Below are positions 41,958 to 51,085 of a DNA stretch of 64,000 nucleotides, one piece after another (positions within the stretch are counted from its first letter, which is position 1; the number at the start of each line of letters is the position of its first letter). The DNA comes from an uncultured virus (IMG/VR IMGVR_UViG_2061766007_000718). Lineage: Duplodnaviria; Heunggongvirae; Uroviricota; Caudoviricetes. Below the pieces are notes generated by a model that ran no database searches, was not told the origin of the DNA, and saw only the letters and a list, made by a program, of their open reading frames with translations. The position numbers were made by a program, and so were the translations under genes. The stretch is taken from the IMG/VR virus record IMGVR_UViG_2061766007_000718; one strand, 5' to 3'.

Positions 41958-43946
41958 TTACATTATTCTTAAATCGCTGTTCTTGTCAACTTCAAGTGTT
42001 ATCGTCTGCTGTCTGGTTCCGATCAGCACCGATACGCTTTCCTTGTTGTCAACGAATATCGGAACTTGAACTCCAAGTGCTTCGCTGATACCGTTGATGA
42101 TGTCAACGCCAGCATTTACTCTCGAGGCTGTATTTAGAAGTTCGTATGGGACACCATCAACTATTGGCTTGCAGATTTCCTTTTCTCCATCATTGGTGAG
42201 GTTTGGCTCGTACATCTTGAACCTAACAATCTTGAACAAGCTGTTTACCCTATTCTCAACCATAGTCATCTTGGCTTTCTTGAATAGCATAATATCATTC
42301 AACATCTTCTCGCAGTCTGCAACCGCCTGTAGCAGGTCTTTGTTTTCCTTTTCGAGTTCAAGTCTCTGCTTGTCGCACCTTTCGTTTGCCTGCTTCTGTG
42401 CAAGCTTGTCGCGAACTTCCTTCAATTTTCCTTCAAGTTCCTTTACACGAGCCTTGCGCGATTCGTTTTCATTCTTCCTGCCATCATCCTGACCGATAGA
42501 ACTTACTTGCTGTTTCAACTCTTCATGCTTTGCTGTCAAGGACTTGTATTCCTCATTTTTCGATATTGCCGATTCGTATGTCTCGCATTTGGAAAGTTTT
42601 TCGTCACACTCCTTTATCGTAGTGCTATAGGATTCAAGTTTCTCGCGTTCCTGCTTTATGAGTTCGGCATTGCTTTCCAACATTCTTTCGCGTTCTTCAA
42701 TCTTCGCCTTTACCGATTTAGCTTCCGATTCTATTGAGCGAAGTTCCGATACCTTATCTCCGTTAATCTTATTCCTATATCCTTCAACAGCAATGTTTCT
42801 GCTGTTCTCCACCATTTCAACCGGCAGAGCCTGTCCGCAGGTGGGACAAACAGTTGCAACATCGTCTGCATGTTCTTCCGCCCATCTGTTCACTTCCGAT
42901 TCCGTGTCCCTGCTGTTGCACTCCTTCCACTTGGTACGGAGAGAGTTTAACTTACATTCAAAACCGCCGTCACCGTGAATCTCCGAGTAGTACTGCTTTT
43001 CAAGATTCTCCAAAGAAGTAATCTTGCCTTGTGATGTTTTGTAACGAATTTCAGCATCAGACTTCTTCGTGTTGATTTCCGATATTGCCCTGCTCACCTC
43101 GCTACGAACCTTATCTTCCAGATTGCACATTTCCTTTGCAACTGCCGAAAGTTTCTTTCTCAATTCTTCCGACTTTTCAAGGTCACGGTCAACTGATGAA
43201 CTTTCTATCTCGTGGCGGAGTGCAGATATTTCTGTGTCTATGGTGTTTGCTTCCGCTTCAAGAGCATTGAAGTCATAGTTGACTTTCAGTTTTTCATTCT
43301 GATCCATTCGAGCCGGCATCAACTGCAAGTCATTATCAGCCTTCTTCTTGCTCATCTTTGCAGTTACAGCAATGTCCTCTATGGTCTTACCCTTTCTAAG
43401 TTCGGCAAGCAGAATGGGAAAATCTTCGGCCAAGTCTTCATCGCTTACGGCAAGAACAAGTTTCATCAACCGTCTGCGCCTGTCTTCCATCTTCATCGAC
43501 ATAAAAGCGGAGATAGATGACAGCATAAACCAGTCGTCTGTATTGAGCATTTCATTCAGACGGTTACCAAATTCCTGCACGCCAAGAGGAACACCATCAA
43601 TAAACCTTTCCTGCTTATAGCCTTTCAACTGCTCAACGGTCGTTCCTGTAGGCTTCGACCAGTCCTCCGACTGCGTTCTCTTTACCGATACCTCAACGCC
43701 ATTGTTGTCAAGTATCAACTCGACACTGGTCTGAACCTTATGTATAGGCTCGTTGTTCTTGTCAAGCGGATATGCTACGAACTGGCTTCCTTGTCCGTTC
43801 TTATTAAACAGGCACCAGAAGTAAGCATCCATCACAGACGACTTTCCGCTTCCGTTGCGACCCGAGATACATACAGCATCGTCGAAATCTGCTTCAAGGC
43901 TCTTTATTCCTTTGAAGTTTTCAATCAAAATCTTTTTAATCTTCAT
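41958..43946 (-). CDS. SbcC/SMC-like ATPase with zinc hook
   Basis: ENFKG, GRNGSGKS, CPTCGQ, coiled coils, PIFVDNKES. Confidence 0.9.
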   Translation of the reverse strand: MKIKKILIENFKGIKSLEADFDDAVCISGRNGSGKSSVMDAYFWCLFNKNGQGSQFVAYPLDKNNEPIHKVQTSVELILDNNGVEVSVKRTQSEDWSKPTGTTVEQLKGYKQERFIDGVPLGVQEFGNRLNEMLNTDDWFMLSSISAFMSMKMEDRRRRLMKLVLAVSDEDLAEDFPILLAELRKGKTIEDIAVTAKMSKKKADNDLQLMPARMDQNEKLKVNYDFNALEAEANTIDTEISALRHEIESSSVDRDLEKSEELRKKLSAVAKEMCNLEDKVRSEVSRAISEINTKKSDAEIRYKTSQGKITSLENLEKQYYSEIHGDGGFECKLNSLRTKWKECNSRDTESEVNRWAEEHADDVATVCPTCGQALPVEMVENSRNIAVEGYRNKINGDKVSELRSIESEAKSVKAKIEERERMLESNAELIKQEREKLESYSTTIKECDEKLSKCETYESAISKNEEYKSLTAKHEELKQQVSSIGQDDGRKNENESRKARVKELEGKLKEVRDKLAQKQANERCDKQRLELEKENKDLLQAVADCEKMLNDIMLFKKAKMTMVENRVNSLFKIVRFKMYEPNLTNDGEKEICKPIVDGVPYELLNTASRVNAGVDIINGISEALGVQVPIFVDNKESVSVLIGTRQQTITLEVDKNSDLRIM

Positions 43947-43974
43947 CTTTACTAAACTTTAAAATTCATTATTG

Positions 43975-44047
43975 TGGCCAGACTGGGAATCGAACCCAGA
44001 ACATCCGAGGCTTTTNNNNNNNNNNNNNNNNNNNNNNNNNNNNGACC
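43975..44047 (-). tRNA. Phage tRNA, middle in gap, anticodon undetermined
   Basis: 5' GGTC pairs with 3' TCTGGCC-A; T-arm CTGGG-TTCGATT-CCCAG; 73 nt span. Confidence 0.65.
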
Positions 44048-44117
44048 GTCATTAAACCTCGCACTATTATCACGACAGGACGAGGTTGGAAATGCTTATG
44101 GAAAAAGTCGAATAAAA

Positions 44118-44285
44118 TCATTCTACCTCGTGTTTAGCCTCGTATGCATAAACAAATGCAAACAACACCTCTGGAATAAGCAGAAAATAGTGATGAGTTG
44201 CATCATAGAACAACGCTCCGCCCAAACTGCATAATGCGCATAGGCTCATCAGGCCAGATGTAAACCAGCAAAAAAACTTTCTCAT
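44118..44285 (-). CDS. 55 aa membrane protein (below the ORF track cutoff)
   Basis: MRKFFCWFTSGLMSLCALCSLGGALFYDATHHYFLLIPEVLFAFVYAYEAKHEVE; start overlaps the upstream stop. Confidence 0.6.
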   Translation of the reverse strand: MRKFFCWFTSGLMSLCALCSLGGALFYDATHHYFLLIPEVLFAFVYAYEAKHEVE

Positions 44286-44564
44286 TTCTTACACTTTTTT
44301 GAAGTTAGCAAATCCAAGGACTTAGCCTTGTTTATCATTATCATTCTCCCTACTTGAACAACCGCATCGTCTATCTTACCGCTTGACTTTATCTTGTTGG
44401 CAGTCCCTAACGAACAGCCGAGAAAATCAGCGAACTCCTGCAAACCTCGGCACCAGCCGNNNNNNNNNNNNNNNNNNNNNNNNNNNNNNNNNNNNNNNNN
44501 CCTTAGCGATGAGCAACTGGAGGTCTGCAACTGTCAGGTCTATTATTCTTGTACTATCTTCCAT
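44282..44564 (-). CDS. DUF3853 / excisionase-like protein (gap)
   Basis: RIIDLTVADL...GLQEFADFLGCSLGTANKIKSSGKIDDAVVQVGR. Confidence 0.8.
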
Positions 44565-44659
44565 TGATGCAGTCTTTAAAATTCAATGCAAAAATAAACA
44601 AATTTTTATAAATTACAAAATTTTATAAAAATATTTTTATGATTTTTTCAAAAAAAATT

Positions 44660-45205
44660 TCAGAACATCTTGTTCTTATGGGCATAATTCATAAACTCCG
44701 CCCTGCTATGAACGCCTAATTTTCCGTATGCATTACTGATATGATTCCGTATTGTGTACGGAGATCTGCTCAGTTTGTCGGATATTTCGTCAATGCTGTA
44801 TCCGTCAAACACTAGTTTCAGCACCTGCTTTTCCGTTTCGCTAACCTTTGAGTTAAAGGTAGGATTACATATAACATTCTCATACTTGCACTCCCCTCGC
44901 AATGGGCACTGAACAAACTCGAAGTTTACACTTTCGTCAATATCAATGTCAAGTTTCTGGTCAATAACACCGAAGTTGCAGCGCACAAATCTTGACACAA
45001 TCCAGAACCGCTTGCTACGGACGCTCTCAATCTTTACATAAATCTTGCACAGAGCATTGTAGGCTTCCGTACATCTGTTGACAAGGAAGTTCATCATATA
45101 GTCTATAATCTCGTCACTGTCCTCGGTAAGCATTTCGTGCTTGTCGGCATACCTGTACCAGACCTCGCTGTTATACCTGTAAAATTCTACTCCTGCTATT
45201 CTCAT
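44660..45205 (-). CDS. LuxR-type HTH regulator
   Basis: CPLRGEC, SETEKQVLKL...ISDKLSRSPYTIRNHISNAYGKLGV. Confidence 0.85.
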   Translation of the reverse strand: MRIAGVEFYRYNSEVWYRYADKHEMLTEDSDEIIDYMMNFLVNRCTEAYNALCKIYVKIESVRSKRFWIVSRFVRCNFGVIDQKLDIDIDESVNFEFVQCPLRGECKYENVICNPTFNSKVSETEKQVLKLVFDGYSIDEISDKLSRSPYTIRNHISNAYGKLGVHSRAEFMNYAHKNKMF

Positions 45206-45215
45206 AACTATATAC

Positions 45216-45443
45216 CTATTTGTGTTCTAAAAACAACTCATCTGCTGGAATACCAGTTATTTTAGCGAGCGCGTCAAGGTTGCTTTCGTTAGGCTTGCAA
45301 TCGAACTTGCTCCATAGTACAAATGTGGAATAACCTATCGCTATTCCCTTGTTTCCGTCCTTCAGGTTTTCTCTCCAAAACCGTACTTTTGGATAATCAA
45401 GACCATTCAAAAAATCCTTGAAATTTTGGTGTGTCTGCTTCAT
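45216..45443 (-). CDS. Cro-like regulator
   Basis: Small HTH-like protein ending LAKITGIPADELF, divergent from the repressor. Confidence 0.65.
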   Translation of the reverse strand: MKQTHQNFKDFLNGLDYPKVRFWRENLKDGNKGIAIGYSTFVLWSKFDCKPNESNLDALAKITGIPADELFLEHK

Positions 45444-45497
45444 TTTCTTAATTTTTTTGTGGCAGGTATTTGAAATACAAATCGTTTNNNNNNNNNN

Positions 45498-46302
45498 CCA
45501 TTTCCGCCGAAGTGAATATCTGCTGCGAAAGCGACCATTTATTGTTAGTAGTCAACGGCAAACCGACCCTGCTATGCGAAACATCTGTTCCGACCTGCCT
45601 GTACGAATCCGTATCAACTACATCTATTTCAGGTTCTGTTGGCTCAACATACTCTGTACCAAACCTTACATTATTTCTCTTGTATGACATCGACCCATAC
45701 ATATACGAATCAAATCCAAACCAATCACTATCAACATACGAGAGATTCTGAGCAGATTCAGTTTCTGAACAATAGAAAGTCCTTTCTGACACAGAATTTC
45801 CAGAAAGGTCGTACACGGCAAGCACAAGATTGTCGGTTCCGTTGTAGACAAATGGCGTTTCAAGCACTATAGTAGCCCACGACGATTCGGCAGGAATTGT
45901 CATAATTCCAGAGAACACCTTTGTCATTTCTGGAACAGACACAAAATTGTATGAGTATAAAAATTCCGACATCTGCGTATGCCCCATAAATACCTTCACC
46001 TGTCGGCTTGTTTCCTCGGTTTCGTTGCCCGAATAGTTGAACGACAGAGTATAGATGGTCTTTCCTCCACCCATTTCCGACGAGAGAAAAATCTGCTGCG
46101 AATAACCATATCCGTATGATGTATTAACAGGGAAGGCAGCAAGTTCTTCGCCCAAGCCAACCTGACGGTAAGAATCAGTTTCTACGAAATTTATAACCGG
46201 TTCATATTCCTTCAACACAATGTCGTCGAGCAAAAAGCCATAGCCCCACTTGGGAATACCGACAAATGCTATCTGAAAGTTTTCTGGCAAATCGGACACG
46301 GA
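45498..46302 (-). CDS. Misplaced internal fragment of the host adhesin-like gene
   Basis: Gap-flanked; FQIAFVGIPKWGYGFLLDD completes the second domain of the 48727-49567 gene. Confidence 0.7.
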
Positions 46303-46412
46303 NNNNNNNNNNNNNNNNNNNNNNNNNNNNNNNNNNNNNNNNNNNNNNNNNNNNNNNNNCAAATTTTTATAACTGACAAAATTTTATAAACTTTTTTTTA
46401 TAAACATACAAA

Positions 46413-46847
46413 ATGGACGAACTCGAAAAGAGAATACTCAATGAACTGATGACCTACAAGGGGTTTAGAAAACATAGCCAGTTTGCAAAGTTCTTGGACA
46501 TTACACCACAACTGCTGAACAACTGGTACCAGCGCGGTCACTTTGACTTGAAAATTCTGATACAAAAGTTTCCGGAAGTAAGCGTTGACTTTCTTATGAA
46601 CGGTACACAACCAATGCTAAAGAAATATGTAAAGGTAGAACCAACTCCAAAAGAAGAGGAACAGGACATTCCATTGGAAAACAACCAAAATGCTGATGTC
46701 GAATATTCGCTGTTCAAGGAACTTGACCAGAAGAACGCACACATCGACCAGCTCATAAGACAGCAAGACAAACTTATAGACGAAAACAAAGAAATGCGAA
46801 AGCAGATAGGAATGCTTCTTGAAAAACTAGTCAATAAACTCGATTAA
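46413..46847 (+). CDS. CI-like repressor
   Basis: FAKFLDITPQLLNNWYQRG HTH, VSVDFLMNG, C-terminal coiled coil. Confidence 0.8.
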   Translation: MDELEKRILNELMTYKGFRKHSQFAKFLDITPQLLNNWYQRGHFDLKILIQKFPEVSVDFLMNGTQPMLKKYVKVEPTPKEEEQDIPLENNQNADVEYSLFKELDQKNAHIDQLIRQQDKLIDENKEMRKQIGMLLEKLVNKLD

Positions 46848-46849
46848 CA

Positions 46850-47306
46850 ATGAATCTGACACAAACAAGATACCTGCTCGACATATACAAGCGAATCGCA
46901 ACCGGCTTGCCAGTTGACCTTGACAATGTGGAATCGGAACGCAGAAAGGCAGTTCTGGAAAAAGACAAACTTGTAGTGGCCGGATCCGACACGAGCGGAA
47001 TAGATGAATACATATCGGAATTAGAAAACATATTATACTATGACAATCACTCAGACAGGAATTGAAATTACGCAGAGGTTCTTCAAGGCAATAGACAAAC
47101 TGAAAGAGGATGGCAAAATCCGTGGAATGCAGACTTTCACACGGAAGCACGATATAAATCGCTGGAATCTGGTCTCCGTGAAGAACAACCCGCACAACAC
47201 TATGCTCAAATGCGAATACATCGCCATGCTGTGCGAGGACTTCAATGTTTCTGCAAAGTGGATATTGTTAGGAAAAGGCGATTTCTATGATAGTGTACAG
47301 GATTAA
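46850..47306 (+). CDS. Hypothetical protein (46850-47065) and HTH-like protein (47040-47306)
   Basis: Coupled ORFs; VSAKWILLGKG motif in the second. Confidence 0.65.
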
Positions 47307-48561
47307 CTGGGTACAAGACAAAATCAATGCGACATCATTCCGTCTCCGTATGCGAGTAAAATGGAATGGCAGCAAGTGCATTGCTGCATTTGCACTCGGA
47401 TATGCCATAGAAAGCAACAAGTATCTCAAAGACCAAAACCGCGCACGAATAAACACTACTCATGGACCAGACAAAATACCTGCAAGCGAGATCAACAGGA
47501 AAATGACACTCTTCGAGCAGACTGCCGAAGAAATATTCCAGCAGTTCTACAACAAAAGTCTAGTACCGACCGTTGACGAGTTCAAGCAGTCCTTTAATGC
47601 AACATTCGGAAAGATAGAAGTATCAGACATCCGTACCATACTTGACACATACGACACCTTTGTCAAGAAGATGAGCCTGCAGAACGAATGGCAGAGCGGA
47701 ACAATAGCGGAGTTCAAACGGCTTCGCAACCTGCTAAATGATTTCTGCCCAAACATACAGGTAAACTCTATCACGGAAGACACTATGCTTGGTTTTCAGA
47801 AATACCTTATTGACAAAGGTAATCAAAACACAACGATTGCAAAGAACATAAAGTTATTCCTCTGGTTCCTGCGCTGGTGTTCAAAGAGTGGACTATATAA
47901 CGGCAAGGCACACGAAAACTTCAAACCTCGCCTAAAGAAAGCGGATGCGCCTATAATCTACCTTACTTGGGAGGAACTGCAAAGGCTTTACAATATGGAT
48001 TTCGACAGAGTTAAGTATTCGCAGGCTCGCGATGTATTCTGCTTCTGCTGTTTCTCTGGACTTCGATACTCCGATGTTCGCAAGCTGCAGAAATCCGACA
48101 TCGTTGACGGCAAGATAAAATTTACGACACAGAAAACAACCGACAGCCTTGAAGTGGAACTAAACAAATATTCAAAGGCAATACTCGACAAGTACGAAGA
48201 TGTTCCTCTGCCAAATAACAAAGCTCTGCCAGTGTTCTGCAACCAAAAGGAAAACGAGCACCTAAAGACTATCTGCCGTATGGCTGAAATGAACGACAAG
48301 ATTAAAATCGTCCAGTACAGCGGAAGCAAACGCGAAGAAAAAGTGTATGAGAAATGGCAACTTATCACAACGCACTGCGGAAGGAAAACTTTTGTCGTAA
48401 ATTCTCTATACTTGGGAATACCAGCAGAAGTCATAATGCGATGGACTGGTCATTCAGACTACAACTCTATGAAACCTTACATCGACATTGTTGACGAACT
48501 CAAAAAAAAGGAGATGGACAAGTTCAACACGTTCGGAACGGACGGACTAAAAACGGACTAA
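47287..48561 (+). CDS. int: Tyrosine integrase
   Basis: SGLRYSD, QKT, HCGRK, GHS and PY catalytic residues. Confidence 0.95.
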   Translation: MIVYRINWVQDKINATSFRLRMRVKWNGSKCIAAFALGYAIESNKYLKDQNRARINTTHGPDKIPASEINRKMTLFEQTAEEIFQQFYNKSLVPTVDEFKQSFNATFGKIEVSDIRTILDTYDTFVKKMSLQNEWQSGTIAEFKRLRNLLNDFCPNIQVNSITEDTMLGFQKYLIDKGNQNTTIAKNIKLFLWFLRWCSKSGLYNGKAHENFKPRLKKADAPIIYLTWEELQRLYNMDFDRVKYSQARDVFCFCCFSGLRYSDVRKLQKSDIVDGKIKFTTQKTTDSLEVELNKYSKAILDKYEDVPLPNNKALPVFCNQKENEHLKTICRMAEMNDKIKIVQYSGSKREEKVYEKWQLITTHCGRKTFVVNSLYLGIPAEVIMRWTGHSDYNSMKPYIDIVDELKKKEMDKFNTFGTDGLKTD

Positions 48562-48689
48562 AAGTCTTTCAGTTCATTAAATTTTGTTGTATTTAGATGA
48601 ATTTTGAACCGTATATAAATTTACAAAATATATTCAGTTTCAGCGAATTAACTTTCGTTGAAAATATGACTATGGTTCAGGAGGTACCA
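48543..48689 (+). mobile_element. attR: arm repeats and tRNA 3' end core
   Basis: CGGACTAAAA twice at 48543-48563; AGGTACCA at 48682-48689 complements the GGTACCT 5' end of the tRNA at 50782. Confidence 0.75.
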
Positions 48690-48726
48690 CAATTCTAGAA
48701 GGTTGCTTAGGCGACCNNNNNNNNNN

Positions 48727-49567
48727 ATCAGTTCCATCGACCAACCTGACAATCATCTGGTCGTAGTCGCCACCCCAGTTGGGATTGGCATAGAAGAACG
48801 AAAGTTCGAGAGTATCAATGTCGGCAGGACGCACAAATATCGGAGAAAGAATCACTGCGGTATCCTCAACNNNNNNNNNNNNNNNNNNNACCACTATGAG
48901 CAGTTGTAACATCACCGCCGTGGACAGAACCAGTTGCAATTGTCCAGTTGACATTTCCTGATAATATGCTGGTTGTACAACCGTTACTTCCAAAACTTCC
49001 GCTNNNNNNNNNNNNNNNNNNNNNNNNNNNNNNTCGATTGGTGTCCCCACTATACTTTCTTCGAAATCAAGCGTAACATCATCGAGCAAAAAACCGTAGC
49101 CATATTTTGGCACCCCGACAAAACCTATTTGGAAAGTTTCGGCAAGACCGGATACTGGCAAGTCGACAGTTGCCAAAGTCCAATCATAGGTAATTTCTGA
49201 AATAGTCAATAGNNNNNNNNNNNNNNNNATATATTTAACTATTAACTCATCGAAGTCGCCACTCCAGTCTGGACTCGCATAATAGAACGATATTTTTATC
49301 GTGCCATTAGCACTAGGACGCGCAAAAACAGGAGAAAGTAACAAAGCAGTATCTCCTTCATATTCGCTATTACTAATAATTGCATTAGTTGTTCCACTAT
49401 GAGCCGAAGGCAACGTACCTTGAGTATCACCTGTACCTAGACCCCACTCAGCACTTCCTGTTATAATGCTGGTAGTCCAACCGTTAGTTCCAAAACTTCC
49501 GCTCTCGAAATCCTCACTCCACGGATATGTATTCACCTGAGCGAAAGCGCACTGCACAAACATAAGC
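48727..49567 (-). CDS. Host secreted protein with cleaved-adhesin/MAM-like domains (fragmentary)
   Basis: AFAQ signal end, YPWSEDFESG, LLSPVF, GFLLDDV; repeated domain. Confidence 0.7.
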
Positions 49568-49675
49568 ANNNNNNNNNNTCTTTTTTTGCAAAAAAATCAC
49601 CATAAACCTTAACCCCAACAATGATTCCTTTCTCTATATTCAGATGAATTTCAATATTTCCTCCTTTAGTCCTTA

Positions 49676-50534
49676 TCATCTTCGAGTACGAATATTTAGG
49701 AGAANNNNNNNNNNNNNNNNNNNNNNNNNNNNNNNNNNNNNNNNNNNNNNNNNNNNNNNNNNNNNNNNNNNNNNNNNNNNNNNNNNNNNATGCTTTGTAT
49801 CCATTATATGCTTCATTATCAAATCACTGAACTGCAATACAGTAAGAGGTTGATTCAGATGCTCGCTGATATTTGTTACACGTTTGCGCACCGATTTCAC
49901 TGCCTTATCCTCGAACTTAAGCGGATTCACTTTCAAAGCATTAGACANNNNNNNNNNAAAGCAAAGTCCCATGATGCAAAATACGTCCGTTGCTCACGCA
50001 CTGTGCATTGCCAGAAAACTTACGTCCGTCAATCATAAGGTCGTTGCGCCCTTCGAAACGGGCATCAACGCCAAGACCGTTAAGCACTTCGAGTATCGGC
50101 TGCGTAAAAGTTCGGAAATTNNNNNNNNNNCATTACCAGAAAACTTCCGTCCGTCAATCATAAGGTCGTTGCGACCTTCGAAACGAGCATCAACACCTAA
50201 ACCGTTAAGCACTTCAAGTATCGGTTGCGTAAAAGTCCGAAAATTGCCTGTGCTATTGCTTTCACAAAAAGTAAAGTTCAAGTTTTGCAAATCGTGGAAC
50301 ACNNNNNNNNNNAAAGTTCAAGTTCTGCAAATCGTGGAACACAGCCCCTCCTCCTGTGAGACGGCGAACCACCTTAATTCCTTTTTCCTTGACAAAATCG
50401 AGATTTATCTCGGCAAGCGAATTCTGGAATCGCCCCACAATAATCGCCGGCTCGTTGCGCCATAGCATAAAAATATCTTCAGAAAAATGAGTAAAAACAT
50501 ATTCCTCAACAGCCATATTGAAATAGGCATCGTT
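49676..50534 (-). CDS. lplA: Host lipoate-protein ligase A (fragmentary, strain-duplicated pieces)
   Basis: NMAVEEY, MLWRN, RRLTGGGAVFHDLQNLN, GRNDL, KFSGN, KSVRKRVTNI. Confidence 0.9.
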
Positions 50535-50781
50535 NNNNNNNNNNTGTAATCGTTTCGTACACTTTGGAAAATTTTGCGCAAAAATACAATATTATTTACG
50601 ATTTACGATTTTAGATTTACGATTTATTAGGCACAAAGCATACCCTATGAACATATCGAACGAAAGCCAATCTTCTGTAAATCATTTCACTTTCAATCTT
50701 ACTCAAAAAAATCGACATTTTTTGAAATAAAATTTTGCCAGTTCAAAAAAATGCTATACCTTTGCAACCGCAAAATTGACT

Positions 50782-50805
50782 GGTACCTTAGCTCAGTTGG
50801 TAGAG
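50782..50805 (+). tRNA. Host tRNA 5' end, probably tRNA-Phe; integration target
   Basis: GGTACCTTAGCTCAGTTGGTAGAG after a TACCTTTG promoter; anticodon lies in the gap. Confidence 0.7.
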
Positions 50806-51011
50806 NNNNNNNNNNTCATCCTTCATATAAATACCTAGAAATAAACATCATAAAGTTACATTTCAAAAATTTAAACATTTTTTGAAATAAAATTTTGCCA
50901 GTTTCAAAAAATGGCATACCTTNNNNNNNNNNNNNNNNNNNNNNNNNNNNNNNNNNNNNNNNNNNNNNNNNNNNNNNNNNNNNNNNNNNNNNNNNNNNNN
51001 NNNNNNNNNNN

Positions 51012-51065
51012 ACCAAGGTTGAAAATCAACAAGTTACAAATAGTCCGGACTAAAATCCGGACTAT
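51012..51065 (+). mobile_element. attL: tRNA end ACCA followed by integrase arm repeats
   Basis: ACCA, TGAAAATCAA, CGGACTAAAA and CGGACTA. Confidence 0.7.
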
Positions 51066-51085
51066 TTTGATTTAGTTCCCCTGCT

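Noticed and set aside
45498..46302. Adhesin gene apparently inserted in the CI/Cro switch
   Set aside because: Gap-bounded, and it continues the host gene at 48727-49567; likely a scaffolding misplacement
50010..50350. Repeats within lplA
   Set aside because: Strain-variant fragments separated by gaps
50594..50626. ATTTACG heptamer repeats in host intergenic DNA
   Set aside because: Short simple repeat without spacers; not CRISPR-like
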